A stretch of 64,000 bases of DNA from Octopus vulgaris (Eukaryota), in the NCBI GenBank assembly GCA_951406725.2, contig OX597831.1:9300001-9364000 (forward strand). Reading direction: 5' to 3'. Each line of letters starts with the position of its first letter. Position 1 is the first letter of the stretch. Below are positions 1-16,779 of the stretch, in pieces. The notes under the pieces are model-generated. The model saw only the letters and a program-made list of their open reading frames with translations. It did not search any database and had not been told where the DNA came from. The position numbers and the translations under genes are program-made.

Positions 1-55
1 TGCGAACTCTGGGACGAAGAGCGTTCGCTCAACAGCAACAGCATCAGCAGCAGTA
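1..55 (+). mobile_element. 3' tail of tRNA-derived SINE family C (cut by window edge)
   Basis: tgcgaactctgggacgaagagcgttcgctcaacagcaacagc matches the 3' end of the copies at 22100-22490 and 32835-33237. Confidence 0.75.
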
Positions 56-639
56 GCGATAATTTGAAATAAGTTCACAAAAAATATTTGATTGGGAGAT
101 GTTGGTCGATTAAAGTGAACCTTAACTTTGGACATTGATCCATTAATTTATCAGCTTCAGGAAGGGGTGATTCTCAAGGTTGGAGCCCTTTTTGAATATT
201 CGTCTGTGAAATCATGTTAAACAGCAACACCAACAATAACAATAAGCTAGTTTCATATCTATTCACAAGGGCATGGCATCCATAAAATGTGCCGGCAACT
301 GGAAAGAAGCTCAGACTTACAAGAAGATTTGGAAGACTATTCAGAAAGCCATAAAAAGTTTAGGAGCAAATAAAGAGCAGAGAAGAAAGGTCCAACTGAA
401 TAAAGTTGTGACTGAAGACACCAGACTATAGGGGAACAAAACTGCAGTAAAACCTAGATCGAGCAGCAGATAACCATCCTACCAAGTGGAGGCATTCCAA
501 ATCATCAAGGTAGCAGAAAAAAGCGAAACAGCTATGCCATAGAAAAAGAAAACTGAATATTTTAAAAGAGTCACGGAAAGTTTATAAACAACGACATTCT
601 TTGGCTTAAGTTCGGGTCGGTTAACTGTGTCAGTCAATG

Positions 640-830
640 TGGTGAAACCACGTTGAAGCACCATTTTGAAGAATTTTAGTTAATGAAATCAAGTTTAGGC
701 TGTTTTTTTTTTTAATTCGGTGCTTCTTTTATCGGTGTCTACGGCCGAAACGCTAAATTACGAGGAGGTAAAGAAACCAACATCGGTTGTCAAGTGGTGG
801 TGGTGGTAGTAAACACTGGCAGAAACACAC
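640..830 (-). mobile_element. SINE family B, degenerate 3' part
   Basis: ccaacatcggttgtcaag and ccgaaacgctaaattacgagg resemble the reverse complement of the copy at 47278-47770. Confidence 0.5.
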
Positions 831-968
831 ACACACACACATACATACATACACATACACGCATGCTCACACACACACTCACATACACACGCACACACAC
901 GCATGCTCACACCCACACACATACACACGCATGCACAAACACACACACATACACACGCACACATATAC

Positions 969-1037
<69 letters not shown>

Positions 1038-1089
1038 TGCATATATATATATATATACATGCATACATACATACATACATATATATTAA

Positions 1090-1570
1090 ATTTAAAATAA
1101 ACACCAATTTGCAATGTTTCCCCCATAAAGGAGAATCGTATTTGTTACTAAATGTGACTAGGCTGTTAGGAAACACCTACGTTGCTAGAAATACCAGCTA
1201 CAACGCTCTAATGCTGTAGTCAACGTACTTAGATATGAATACATACACTAACAGGGAGATTAATTGTCCTAAAAGTGCCGATCGAGAATTCCTGATATTG
1301 ACGTCACTTTCGGCAATTTCCGTTTGCATCTCGTGTAAGGACTGGTTTGAACTACGGCTCTTTTCAGACTCGCTTCTCTATTAGTATATATATATATATT
1401 TTTTTTCATAATAGAAATCTATGTATGATGTAATGATTTTATATAACCATAAAATTAATATAAACAGCAGTTTGCAAAGTTTCCCCAAATTGGAGAATTA
1501 TAATTGTCACTAAATGTCACTAGGGTGTTAAGAAGCACCTACACTGCTAGAAATAAGAGCTAAAATACTC
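1090..1570 (-). repeat. Two diverged direct copies of an interspersed repeat (same family as 23440-23965), probably PLE pLTR-derived
   Basis: 1095-1215 aligns with 1455-1570; reverse complement tagcaacgtaggtg...gtcacatttagtaacaa recurs at 23870-23915. Confidence 0.55.
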
Positions 1571-1896
1571 TCTCTATAAACAGACATCATTTGTGGGTGA
1601 TCATGTATATATACGAGGAAGCGTGTTCTTTCATAACATAAAAAAGAAATAGAAACTAATAAAATATGAAAGAGAAACAAATACATTAGTGAAATAAATT
1701 TAAAATATTTAATAACTCACGAATATTTCTTCGAGAATTCGATGTTATAAGTTAAAAAAAAAGAAGAAAATTATTGGTTTTGTCTCTGGGCAGTTTTAGT
1801 CTATTTGATAGCTGTGTATGTGTGTTTGTGTATACATGCATCCATATATATACATACACTCATATGGATGTATATATATATACACACATATATGTG

Positions 1897-1939
<43 letters not shown>

Positions 1940-2046
1940 TTGCATATATGTATGTATATATATAAATATATAAATACATACATACATACATATATATGTG
2001 TATGATATATGATGTGTGTATGCGAGTGTATGTGTGTGGTGTATGC

Positions 2047-2106
<60 letters not shown>

Positions 2107-2189
2107 CTGCTTTTTCATATGTTTTACGAATGCCTTGTACATAATGTTATAGCTTCCTGCTTGTCTTTTTGCGCCGATATTGGTATTTA

Positions 2190-3100
2190 AATTTGAAATG
2201 TGTGTCGTATCTGGTTTCCAAAGAGAACAAATTTTGGGGCTTACAGATGGCTGAAACTTCGTCAATAAAACTGTTGAGATGTTTAATGTTTCAAGGGATA
2301 CGGTGTCTGAAAGACAGACAACAAAGAAGAAACGAAAAGAGCAATCTGAAGGCAACGCTCATAAGAAGAAACCGCAGAATCGTGAAATGCATTGTCTCCG
2401 TAAGCCATAACCAAAAGTGACCACAGATCAAAACCACCACTATGCCTACCCGGTTCTAATGAGCTTTATAAATGTGATCACGATGGAAGGGTTGCAATTG
2501 CCAAAATCTTCTCTTCACCCAATCAAAACTGTTGAGTGAACAAACATGGGTTTTACAAATTGTCAATACATTAATGGAAAAATATCATCTTTTCTCATGA
2601 ATCGCCATTCCAATTATTTCCCGATCAGGGGCGTGTTTATGTGTGAAGACAGCCTAAAGAAGCCTTCAACCCTGGCGATTTGTTCTCCACAATGAATTGT
2701 GGCGGTGGTTCTGTGGTGATCTGGGCAGCCGTATCATGGGATTTGCTTGAACCTTTTGTTATTGCATATGGCAGACAAAACGTCAAGGATTATCGGCTGA
2801 TGATGTCCATTCAATGATACAAATTCTACAAACATTTTTTCTTATGGTAGCGTAATATTCCAGCACCTTAATACACCTGATTATTCTAGCACGTTAATAC
2901 ACCTGATCACACGGCTTATTTTACGCAAAATTGTTTCTAGAAGAGTAAAAGGGAAATAAACAACTCGAACCTTAACGTAATCAAATATTTATGGTGCATT
3001 TCGGAGTAGTAGCTTGCTTCCTCAATCGTCGCTAAAAGAGATAACGTCAGGTTTTATTTGAAGAATGGCTCAAAATTCCTCAAACAGAAATCTCCATTAT
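2190..3100 (+). pseudogene. Decayed Tc1-like DDE transposase
   Basis: Manual translation with stops and frameshifts: SGFQREQILGLQMA, FSHESPFQLFPDQGRVYV*RQPKEAFNP, CGGGSVVIWAAVSW, VLFEEWLKIP; these match Tc1 motifs WSDES..F, HGGGSVMVW and EEW..IP. Confidence 0.8.
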
Positions 3101-3129
3101 TTTGTTCAGCACCAGGAGGTACGAGCGCG

Positions 3130-3389
3130 CGCAAGCAAACACACATACACACACACACACACACGGAAACACACACAAGCACACAAACACAAACACACAC
3201 ACGCGCGCGTGGACATACACAAGCACACAAACACACACAAGCACACACACACAAGCACACACACACAAACACACACACACAAACACACACACACACGCGG
3301 ACATACACAAGCACACAAACACACACAAGCACACAAACACACACACACACACACACGCGCGGACATACACAAGCACACAAACACACACA

Positions 3390-3426
<37 letters not shown>

Positions 3427-3545
3427 GACATACACAAGCACACAAACACACACAAGCACACAAATACGCACACACACACACACGCGGACATACACAAACA
3501 CACAAACACACACAAACACACACACACACACAAGCACAGAAACAC
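3130..3545 (+). repeat. (CA)-rich minisatellite with ~60-bp higher-order unit
   Basis: Recurring cgcggacatacacaagcacacaaacacacacaagc blocks. Confidence 0.85.
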
Positions 3546-4717
3546 ACATATATATTATCACAGCTTTTTGTCTAAAACCTGTTTTCCTAACTGAAGACAG
3601 AAGACAGCTATGAAAGAAATTTTGGCTGCTGTTTCTAGTAGGCTTTAAGACTGCACAGAATCCTTCACAGAACAAGCACCGTCCAATGTTGATTATTCAT
3701 GGGATATTGTAATATCGCAGCTGACACCTTTAAACCGATGCACTTAATAAACCGATGCGCTTAATCTCAGTGGCGTTCGAAGACACCGCAATCGTTATTT
3801 GTATGAAAGGTTTCTGTTGTGATTGACATAAAACAAACATCTCAGGACTACGTATTCTTAGAACTTGCGTAGCTTGAGAAGAAGGTCAGAGGGAGTTGAA
3901 GGGGTTTCTGCTGTATAGTCCGGTGTGGAACGGTAAACTCAAGAGCTACCACGAGCGGCACACGCCCTACATGCGTCACTGATTAATACTCTCCGTCGCT
4001 TATGATAACAGTTTAGCGGTAACACCTCCGCGATCGGTTGTAATGATATATATCTCTCACTGTTAGCTTTAATGAAGGATCAGTGATAGTTGTAATAACA
4101 AAATTTACTGCTGATTGTAATAAATCAGATTTCGGAAACAAACGTACTTAAAAATAAGGGAGATATAAAAAAAATAACCCAAACAATCTTGCCTTAATTA
4201 CAGAATTACCTGAGTAATATCATATTTGTTATTTCTGTGGCGTGATGAAATTAAACAACACCCAGAAATTTACATCTTTTTGAAATTTTTCTCGACTGTT
4301 ATACATCATTACATCACGTAAATTATACTTGTCTGTTTTGATTTTGTTTAAATCTTGTCATAGAACTGACAAATATCTCCGCTCGTAAATTTCTCTACCG
4401 AAAACTTTCAAGCAAATGATAGTGTTTTTCTTCACTTTTCCTAATGAGTCGTATATATATTTTTTTAGTTATAGTGCTTTCATAATAAGATAACTAAATA
4501 AGTTTAACGATGGTTGTAGGAAAATGAAAATATATTCTAAAGAGTACAGTTATTCGTTTCTCTAATTCAGGAAAACAAATTTATATTTTTCACATTCCTC
4601 ATCATTATTCCTTTCATTTTTATATACTCTGCTTCATCAAATATTACATACAGATAAATTTATACGTACACACACACATACACTCATACACACGCACACG
4701 TACACGTACACGTGCGT

Positions 4718-4751
<34 letters not shown>

Positions 4752-4956
4752 TTAATAGTCCCACATATGAAACTCTCAGCTTTTAATCATTTTGTAACTT
4801 TTGTGGTTTAGCAGAATACAATATATATATACGTGTAGCATCTTTGGAAAATTTCTTTGATAACCAATGACCAATTCCTTGTGAGTGAGATTGGTGGAAC
4901 CGATACGATGTGGCTTGCCAAACGAGGCACAATTCTTATAGATTTCCTGAAGACGA

Positions 4957-5117
4957 TGAGCTGACAGAATCGTTGAGATGCCGGACAAAATGCTTCGCAG
5001 CATTTCTTCCATCTTTACGTTCTAACTTCAAATTCGGTCGAGGTCACCTCTCCCTATCACTACTTCCGTATCAATCAAAATAAGTACCAGTTGAGCACTG
5101 GGGTTGATATAATCGGC
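4957..5117 (+). mobile_element. SINE family A, degenerate
   Basis: gagctgacagaatcgtt...ttcaaattcggtcgaggtc...aagtaccagttgagcactgggg. Confidence 0.65.
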
Positions 5118-6272
5118 TATAGATCCGATTATATCAAAAATCTTATCTCATGCATTTGAATGTTTTCTGTACATGTGAAAGAGAGAACTGTATCCGTGTT
5201 TTATATTACGTATGCAATTTTTTTTTAATGCTGACCGGAAGTGAGAAAGTAATGAAGAGACAGAAGGATGTCTCATTAAATGAGAGATGGGCATACCATT
5301 CGCTTGATTGGCTCAGAAGTTGCGCGCCGAATAAAATAATAAATAGACCCGTGAATGCCACTGACAAACGAAACAAATCTTTTGTAGGAATAAAAGCTAT
5401 ATAGAAATGTCCATGTTGTAATTTCTTCGCTCTCTTATTACTGTAGATAATTGTTATTAAAATAATTAGAGACTAACGTCGAGATTTTGTGAAATCTCTC
5501 TTTTGTACATTATTTCATTACATGGAGTGAGGCTGAAGAATAATCAAAGACGTAACGAGATAGAAATTGTGGAAAACATTACGCTCTGAAGAGTGGGAAA
5601 TAATGGCCAGGTAGTGTTCAACTATTTTAACTGTTTTAAGTACGACATTGCTGAGAAGGATGTTGAACAATGATTAGACGTATGAGAAGGAGTCAGAAAT
5701 CGGGTTAAGGTGTACGTGAACAATGAATGCCATATGCTTCATTTAATTAAAACGTTAGAATTAGTTACATTAAACAAGGAATAAATAAAATGTATCTCTG
5801 GCATTATCCATTCACACACACACTGCAACAAACAATACTCATGAGGAAGGATAGCGGACAAACGCGCCGAGTTACAAGAAGCATAGTTTGAGGATGTTGA
5901 AATAAAATGATGAAGATGGACTTGAATGAAACTTTTGAAAACGTGAAGATGATAATAATGGTATTAAGGATGAATTTATCTTAGGTAGCATAAGTTTACA
6001 AAATGTTGCAAGTCAACGACTAATTTTATCGAAAGTTCTTCACGGTCTGCATCACGGGAGACGAACAAACTGCGCAAGACGTTGCACCCGTTGCTCAGCC
6101 GGGTTTTCCAGTCTCCAACGGTTAATATCTTCTAATATATTCTCAATATCGCACAAGTTTGGGATTAAAACTATGGATATGTGATTGTATCATCATAGTA
6201 CTTAGCTTGTGTTCAATTTTATCGGAATCTTTTGCATAACTGCGTGGCAGCCAGGACGTAAACAAACCAATG

Positions 6273-6492
6273 CCTATTTCTTTACTACCCACAAGGGGCT
6301 AAACACAGAGGCAGACAAACAAGGAGAGACAAACGGATCATGTCGATTACATCGACCCCAGTGCGTAACTGGTACTTAATTTATCGACCCCGAAAGGATG
6401 AAAGGCAAAGTCGACCTCGGCGGAATTTGAACTCAGAACGTAACGACAGACGCATTTCGCCCGGCGTGCTAACGTTTCTGCCAGCTCACCGC
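6273..6492 (-). mobile_element. SINE family A (tRNA-derived)
   Basis: Reverse complement of the near-complete copy at 62214-62447. Confidence 0.85.
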
Positions 6493-6577
6493 AGTAAGCA
6501 AACCAATGCCATTTGCCAAACGGCGTGGAAACAGTAAAAAAAAATCACTTCCTCACATACATTCACATTCATACATG

Positions 6578-6641
<64 letters not shown>

Positions 6642-7352
6642 TACATATCATGCTTCCACACCGATTCCGTCTGCCAAAATTCAGTCACGTGTCATTGCTC
6701 AGGCCGGGGTGATAATAGAAAGCGTTTATCGAAAGTGACGCAGGTCCGGAACGAAACTCTCGTGCTTACGAACGCGATTCCTCAACCACGAAGCAACATC
6801 ACATAATGTTCAAAATATTACATTTGCTCCACTCTTACAAGATTTTGCCAATCTATCATTGAATGACATTACGTTGTTCAGTTACAATGGCTCCGACACC
6901 TTTTACAATGAACTTTTAAATAAAACAGATAATATTCTATGAAGTCAAAGAAAGGATTTTCGCCAGATTGTATTAGCAAGAAAAAGGTTAAAATGTGAAG
7001 TTTTCTTCACGTGCTTTTCCAGAAAGAACCAGGAGGGGATATTTTATGCGAGTATCTCAGAATATAATCTGCAAGTTTTTGTTTCCATAAGTTATAACGC
7101 AAAGATATTCATTTTAAAGATCTTTCTAGATTGAACTCATTCACTTGTCACATAAAATAGGATTTGCTAAGTTTTATAGACTCTTCGTTCTTTTAATTTC
7201 CTTTACATTTCTTGTTGGCTTTTTTGCTTTGCCACCGATTTTTCTCTTCGTTTTCTTCTGTTTTCGCTAGATTTAATGTAGAACGCATATACAGGAATGA
7301 ATTTAGCAGAATCGCTGCTTTATCTACAGAATAACAGTCATCTTGTTAATGA

Positions 7353-7409
<57 letters not shown>

Positions 7410-7631
7410 GCGTGCACATATATGAGTGTATGCATATATATATATTTGTGCATGTATAGTTTACATACATACACAAATGCATATATATATATTCATCTAC
7501 ATTTATACATATACAAACATACACAGATACACACGTACGCACATGTATACACAAACGTATATATATATATATATAAATGTACATATATATATATATATAT
7601 ACATGTATATATATATATATGTATATATGTA

Positions 7632-7704
<73 letters not shown>

Positions 7705-7819
7705 CGACTTTCACAGAGGAGGATATTTAGATACATCAATACGTGTAGGAGGATATGCGAGAATGTAATTGTATATCCATACATGCATTCTCCTAGATAG
7801 AGGAGACATTGGCTTCTAT

Positions 7820-8030
7820 ACAGAATATTGGTTTCGAATTTTGGCAAAGGCCATCCTTTTCGGGGGAGACAGTGAGTCGATTACATCGCCCCCAGTGTCC
7901 GACTGGTACTTTTTTTACCAACCCCGTTAGAATGAAAAGCAAAAGCGACATCGACGGAATCTGAACTCAGAACGCAAAGACGGACAAAATGCCGCTAATC
8001 CTTTTGTCCGTTACTGAGGCTTCTACCAGC
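7820..8030 (-). mobile_element. SINE family A, diverged
   Basis: gtcgattacatcgcccccagtg...ctgaactcagaacg matches the family A reverse complement. Confidence 0.7.
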
Positions 8031-8487
8031 CGGTCGCAATATTTATACGTGTCTCGCTCATCATTGTCGATGATGTGTTTTCACTTATCCTCTCACTTGA
8101 ACTACCAAGTAATTTGTTGTGGCACCTTTCTGGCTGAGTATTCCATAAAAACGTGTAACTTTAATGTAGTTCTCAACCGGAATGAACCTGAAGCCTGACA
8201 TAATCCTGATATGACATAACTGATAATTTGTGTTACAGGTACTGTTGGTCTTTCACAGAGTGTTTGTCTGTCATATTTTATTCATAATGACTGAGTCGAT
8301 CCGCGGCAATTGCAAAATGAACTTCTCCAAGATGTGGGGTAGTAAAATAGATTTCTGGCTCTTATCTTTGAGAAGTGATCTTCTGGACCATTTGGCCATA
8401 CAGCGTCTACTACTACATATATTCATAAATACATACACACGTATATACTTAAAGCCACTGTATGTGTTCACGTAGATGTTTCCCTGC

Positions 8488-9425
8488 ATATTGGAGGAGG
8501 TGGACTCCTTTGGTCAGCAAGTCACGCCTGTCTGCTTTGATGGTTTCCCGTAATTTCTGCAGCATAGAAACATAATATGCTTCGTTAATTGTGGTCCCCT
8601 TTGCCAGAAACTCCATCACTTCAACTCCGCGCTGGTCCCAAAAGATTGAGCACCACCTTGCCTGCCGAGGGTTAAACACGATCCTTCTTTGGAGGTGGTG
8701 AGTTATCGTCAAGCTTCCATTGTTTCAACGCGACTTTAGTCTCAGCATGATAGTGATAGACCCATGTTTCGTCCCGTGTGATAAGTCTGCCGAAAAAGTC
8801 CTTCTCGTTTTTTGGCATATTGTCAAAAGAACTTGGGAACAATTGACTCGTTCCTACTTCTGGTGAGGTGTGAGCATCCGGGAAATCCATCGTGCAGACA
8901 GCTTCCGCGTGTGCGAATGGTCGTGAAGGATTTTTTTCCACTTATCTTCACTTGGACTAGTTGACGAATTGATGAATAGTTATGCGACCATCCTCGAAAA
9001 TGGCGGCTTCCACTTTATGGATGGTGTCTTCATCAATGGCGAAATGTGATCCTCCAAGATGTCCACCGGTGTGGTCATCCAGAATTTCCATCGATGTCCG
9101 GCCACATTTGAACTGACAATGCCAGTGCTTGACTACATCGTAAGATGGTGCATTGTCACCATAAACGTCTTTCATCTCATCAAAAGTCTCTTTTGGTGTA
9201 CAACTTTTCATGTACAAGAGTCTGATCACCGATCTGCATTCAACTGCCTCCATTATAACACTTTAGTCCACTTCAGCAGTCGTAAAACACAAACGAATAC
9301 TAGTGGAAAACTACAATTTACAATGTGACATATAGAGACATGTATGATTATAGCTGTGAAAGTTCTGTTTCCTGCAAAAACCAGAGGTTGGCAAAAAAAA
9401 AAAATCTTTAATGAACATTTCTCTT
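8488..9425 (-). pseudogene. Mariner (Mos1/SETMAR-type) transposase, frameshifted and 3'-truncated, with probable 5' TIR
   Basis: Three consecutive minus ORFs: HTH (RSVIRLLY...VYGDNAPSYDVVKHW..FKCGR), ITRDETWVYHY..ETK...QW, and FWDQRGV...FL.KGTTIN..YY...L.KLR..LLTKGVHLLQ. A TIR-like ta-agagaaatgttcattaaagatt lies near 9402-9425. Confidence 0.9.
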
Positions 9426-10043
9426 ATTATATAGTAATGGCTTGTAATTATGAATGGCACATAAGTAAAACTCACGATCGCTTCGCGTCATTAAAACCGC
9501 TGTTGCCGAGGAATGATGCATCAGAATGAGGAACTTTCTTTAAGTCTTTGACACCGTTTCGGGCGTTAGCAAGACCTCAACTTCTACTGAACTCAAGTGA
9601 GAGCGACAATTGATTGCAATTACACGTTCGACATGGTGCAACTACAGTGGGTGAACATAGATATACAAGATTTTGCAAAGAAAGAAAGGCCATTCGCCTG
9701 ATTGGTAGGCAAAGATTCAAAGACACACTCCAACTTTTCCTTTTTTTTTACCGCTACAGTATCGGAATTTTTGTACAACATTCATTTTCGTTCTTCATTT
9801 CACGTCGATCGTAATGTAGTAACCACCACGACCACAACGACGACGACGACGATGACGACGACGACGACCACCACGACCACGACCACCATCAGCACTACCA
9901 CGACGACGACGACGACGACCACCACCACCACCACCACCACCACCGCCGCCACCGCCACCACCACCACAATTACCACCAGGACCACCACCACCACCACCAC
10001 CACCACCACCACTGCAGTCTGCAATACTTCGGTTCCGTCTTAC

Positions 10044-10147
10044 CCAGGAAATTGGTCTCACGGTATTCTACCACTGAATCTTGTGTCGAGGGCAGCCGAC
10101 GAAATGCAAATATTTGTGGAATGAATGTCAGGGCTTCAGTCACAAAT
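10044..10147 (-). other. Candidate spliced exon (104 nt), product unknown
   Basis: Acceptor ggtcttttcag and donor gtaaga; one frame open: FVTEALTFIPQIFAFRRLPSTQDSVVEYRETNFL; unique sequence between microsatellites. Confidence 0.35.
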
Positions 10148-10313
10148 CTGAAAAGACCCCCAAAGTCTCTGCGACAGATTTGGTGCACACACATACACAC
10201 CTATGCACATACACAGACACACATATGCACATACACAAATACGCATATACATGTGTATATATGTGTGTGCGCGTGTGTGAGAAGGAGTGTGTGTGTGTGT
10301 ATGAGATGAGAGG

Positions 10314-10344
<31 letters not shown>

Positions 10345-11023
10345 AGAGACAGAAAGAGAGAGACAGGAAGAAAGACATAAAAAGAGAGGGTGAAAGAGAG
10401 ACAAAGACATTGAATGTGCATTCAGGTGTATCCCTGAATGACGGCTGTATTAATGTTATCATCCCACTGCCACTCCATATTCATCAGAGAGAGAGAGAGA
10501 CAGACAGAGAGTGTGTGTGTGTGCATACATTTCTTGCCGATTCAGAGACAAACATATATGAACAGGTGAGACCACCTCGATGCAAACATTCCTTCGGGCG
10601 TGTCTTGACACTCGCGTCTACTAAAAACGCGTGATTCAAGTTATATCAAAGGGAAGTGGAAGGAAAAAAACGGTAACACCGAAAGAGAAAAGCCAAACTA
10701 TTTGAACGCTGATAAATACAAAATCAAAAAAAGTAATAAAAAGCACGAATTGGGGGCAATCTAAGCTAATTATTTGTTCGCAATGCGTACTTCACAAGAA
10801 AAACTTTATTAATATGTTATTAAATAAGCCATATATGAGTAAGTTTAATACAATGATTCAATATCAACAATATATACAGGTCGCCTAATTTATTGCCTGC
10901 TGTGCGAATCTGATTAATTGCACATTTTTGTTAATTGCATAAGTCTACTAAGCACCGAAGTTATGCAAATAGGCGACAATCACTCTGTGTATATATGTAT
11001 ACACACACACACAGACACACACA

Positions 11024-11070
<47 letters not shown>

Positions 11071-11125
11071 ACACACAGGCATACACACAAACACACACAC
11101 ACTCACTCACACAGACGTATAAAAG

Positions 11126-11156
<31 letters not shown>

Positions 11157-11275
11157 GAAGATGTATATATGGAAGCATATATGTGTGTAAACTATATATA
11201 TATCTATATACATATATATGCAAATATATATATATATAAACATACACATATATATACATATATAATATATATATT

Positions 11276-11342
<67 letters not shown>

Positions 11343-11744
11343 GTATATATACATACATAGTGGTAGAGAGTAGGTGAGAGAGCAAGACAAAATGTAAGAG
11401 AGAGAGAGAGAGCTGACAGACAGAGACGGGGACACACAAAAGCATAAGCAGATATATGGAGATGTAAATTTAAAAATAAAAGCAGAGTTTATCAGTATTA
11501 GTTAATCTTTATGGCGTTAAGAAGAAAGAAGTAAGGACTTTTTTACTTTTCTCTTTTAAACTTATCCTCAACACACATAGACACAAATATGCATATATAT
11601 GTATGTGTGTATGCATATATATATATATATATATATACATATCTATGCACATTTATATATGCATATATATATGCATGTAAATATACACGAATAAAGAAAT
11701 GTACGTTGTATCAATATGTGTTTATAGATATAGTTCAATGTAGA

Positions 11745-11791
<47 letters not shown>

Positions 11792-11937
11792 ATGGGTATG
11801 TGTATGTGTGTGGCTGAATGGGTGAACTGACATAAAATAAATAGCAACGCTGCATTAAGAAATAAATATTGAACTAATTAATGAAATTGTGCAACTTTGT
11901 GTGTCTGTGTAGACATACATACATACATACATGCATA

Positions 11938-12005
<68 letters not shown>

Positions 12006-12180
12006 CATACATACTCGTAAATGTTTGTGTGTGAGTGTGTAAAATTATACTCACTCGTATATAAGGATATACAATGCATGTATATATGTGTGTTTGTGTG
12101 TATGTATTTTTCATAATGATATGCATTTTCATACGCACATATAAATACACTTATACGTTTAATATATTCCTCTGTGTTTG

Positions 12181-12237
<57 letters not shown>

Positions 12238-12307
12238 TTACATGTGTGTACATTTATTCTTAGAAATGAATACAAATAATTGCATATGAAAATTGCATTC
12301 TATACGC

Positions 12308-12367
<60 letters not shown>

Positions 12368-12599
12368 ATATATATATTTATATATATATTCTTATATGTA
12401 TATATACATATATATGTATGTATATATATATGCCTATATACATACATGCATATACATATATCTACGCATACGCGGACGCATGTCTGTATAAACATGTAGA
12501 CATGTGTACACACACATACAAACACATCTACATACTCACAAATGTAAACTTCTATGCTGAAAATTTTGCCTTCCATACACATATACACACTCACAAATA

Positions 12600-12655
<56 letters not shown>

Positions 12656-13400
12656 TATACACACATATACATATACATACATATATACACATACATATAC
12701 AGACATACCCATATACATGTGTATGCGTGTTTGTGTGTATGTGTAGATTTTATATGCTGACGGAAAACTTTAATCACACGCCATTGTACGTATGCGCATA
12801 TGAAGCTAGTTACCGATATACCTTCACAAGTTTATTCAGAAATACAAAACATATATATAAAAAAAAAAAAAAGAGTAATGAATCTGTACATATTTTTTCT
12901 ATGTTTTAGAGAGCGACATAATTACAGTGAAACGAAATGAAATTATATTAAATTAAGATGTAAAAACAGAAAATTAAAAAAAGAGAAATGCAAAAATATT
13001 GGGTAAATCATATGTTACGAATGATCTTCCATTTTAGTTGCCGTTAATGCTATTAGAAAAATTTCGTCTTGGCTGATTATTTCGTTGCGGTTTTTTCTGT
13101 TGAGACGCGAGATTTGGACGCAATTAAAGCAATAACTAAAATTTAATCATATAATTAACAACAGAGAAACAAATCTTTTCTAATTCCTTGCATGTTTTCT
13201 GACGTTACATTCATGTAATATAATATACATACACACGTGCACACACACACACACGCAGACACACACACACACACAGACACACAGACACACACAGACACAC
13301 ACACACACACACACTCACGCAGACACACATACACGCAGACACACACACACACACAGACACATAGACACAGACACACGCAGACACAGAGAGACACAGACAC

Positions 13401-13489
<89 letters not shown>

Positions 13490-13504
13490 AAACACACACA
13501 CACA

Positions 13505-13558
<54 letters not shown>

Positions 13559-13611
13559 AATAAAATATGAGTGTTGGTGTCCGTATTGGGTAATAGGTAC
13601 TTTTGTTACAG

Positions 13612-13696
13612 ATTCGCTGTTCATGTGATGTATTAGAACAGGGCGTACCTGTCGCTGTCGAATATTCTCCATATGAAGCTCGTAATTTGATTACAG
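13612..13696 (+). other. Candidate spliced exon (85 nt), product unknown
   Basis: Acceptor ttttgttacag and donor CAG|gtgaga; one frame open: [28 protein letters not shown]. Confidence 0.35.
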
Positions 13697-13736
13697 GTGA
13701 GAAATGCATCTTAGTATAAACGATCAGTTAAAATGT

Positions 13737-14130
13737 TGAGCTGGCAGAATCGTTAGCACACCGGGCAAAAAAGGCTCAGCGGCATTTCGTCCCTCCTTAG
13801 TTTGTCAGTTCGAGTGCCACCGAGGTTGGTTTTGTATTTTATCCTTTCGCCATCGATGAAATAAGTTAAGCGCTGAGTTCGATGTAATCAACTTACGAGA
13901 CTGATAACCTTCTGCCCAAATTTGAAATCAATAGAAGCGATTTGGCAGAATCGTTGGGACGCCGGGCAAAATGCTTAGCGGCAGTTTGTTCGTATTGACG
14001 TTCTGAGTTCAAATTCCACCGAGATCGACTTTGCCTTTCATCCTTTCAGGTCCTTAAAATAAGTACCAGTTGAGTATTGGGGTCGATGTAATCGGCTTAA
14101 ACCCACACAAAATGATTGGCCTTTTGAAAT
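13737..14130 (+). mobile_element. Two tandem SINE family A copies
   Basis: (gagc)tggcagaatcgtt head at ~13737 and ~13942; conserved gactttgcctttcatcctttc in the second copy. Confidence 0.75.
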
Positions 14131-14510
14131 CAGTATAAACGATCAGTTGTATAGTTGTCTCTTCTACAGTAGTCGATAGCTTATAGTATTTGGTACGAGA
14201 CGTTCTGGCATAGTCGTTGCGTTACAGCTGTTTCGCACCACCTATTTGGCGTCGTTATGTCAATACTAATTTGAAATCAAACGTTTGCTATTTCTCTTGT
14301 TCTTTTCCCTATTCCATCTCTTTCTTTCTCAATCTCTCTCTCTCATTGTCTCCCTTCGCCCTTCTCTCTCTGTATGTGTGAGTATTTGAATTATCTCTCT
14401 TTCTCTCGCTCTCTCTCAGATTGTGGGGGTCATTCAAGTACTAATCACCAAATCCTGAGCTTGCTCTGCTCTCATGTCAATTCCGATTTCTTAGACATAT
14501 TTCTCGAACG

Positions 14511-16232
<1,722 letters not shown>

Positions 16233-16779
16233 TGAGAAAATGGATAAAGGAATCCAAGTAAAATAAAAAGATGCCAACAGCCTCCAGGAAACAACACGCA
16301 AGGACAGAAATGTAAAAAAAATAAAAACAGATAAATGAGCGATGCACAGCAGAGGTTGATGTATTTAGAATTAGTGTTTGTGAATGTGTAAATCTATTAG
16401 GAATTGAATTAAGAACGTGAAATGTCCAATGAATAGTGTAGTGTAAACAAAAATACATACAGACAATACAATGTAGACGCTCGCCTATTGAGGTATATAA
16501 TCTATTTTTAGTTGTGCGACGAAAATGTTCGGCCTGAAAGCATTAAACGAATTAAATTATCGGTGAATGCAGTTCCGAAGCTTTCCTGAATGGCAGTTGA
16601 TTAAGAAATCCGATACGATAGTCCAGCATGTGAGCACGAAGCAGGGGTTATTATATCTGTAACGGACAGATGTAGTTCGCACCCTTTCACCTGACGTGAC
16701 ATAGAATTTTCTTTTAACAAGTAAATGCAAAACGTTTCATTAGCTTCAGTCAGGATTCCCAAGGAAATGCCCGTGAGAA

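Noticed and set aside
1335-1375. Hammerhead-like relic on the minus strand (CTGAAAA-gagc-cgta-gttc-AAAC)
   Set aside because: Two core positions altered and stem I does not pair; too decayed to call
14219-14245. GAAAC-agct-GTA half-motif on the minus strand
   Set aside because: No matching CUGANGA or stem I found nearby
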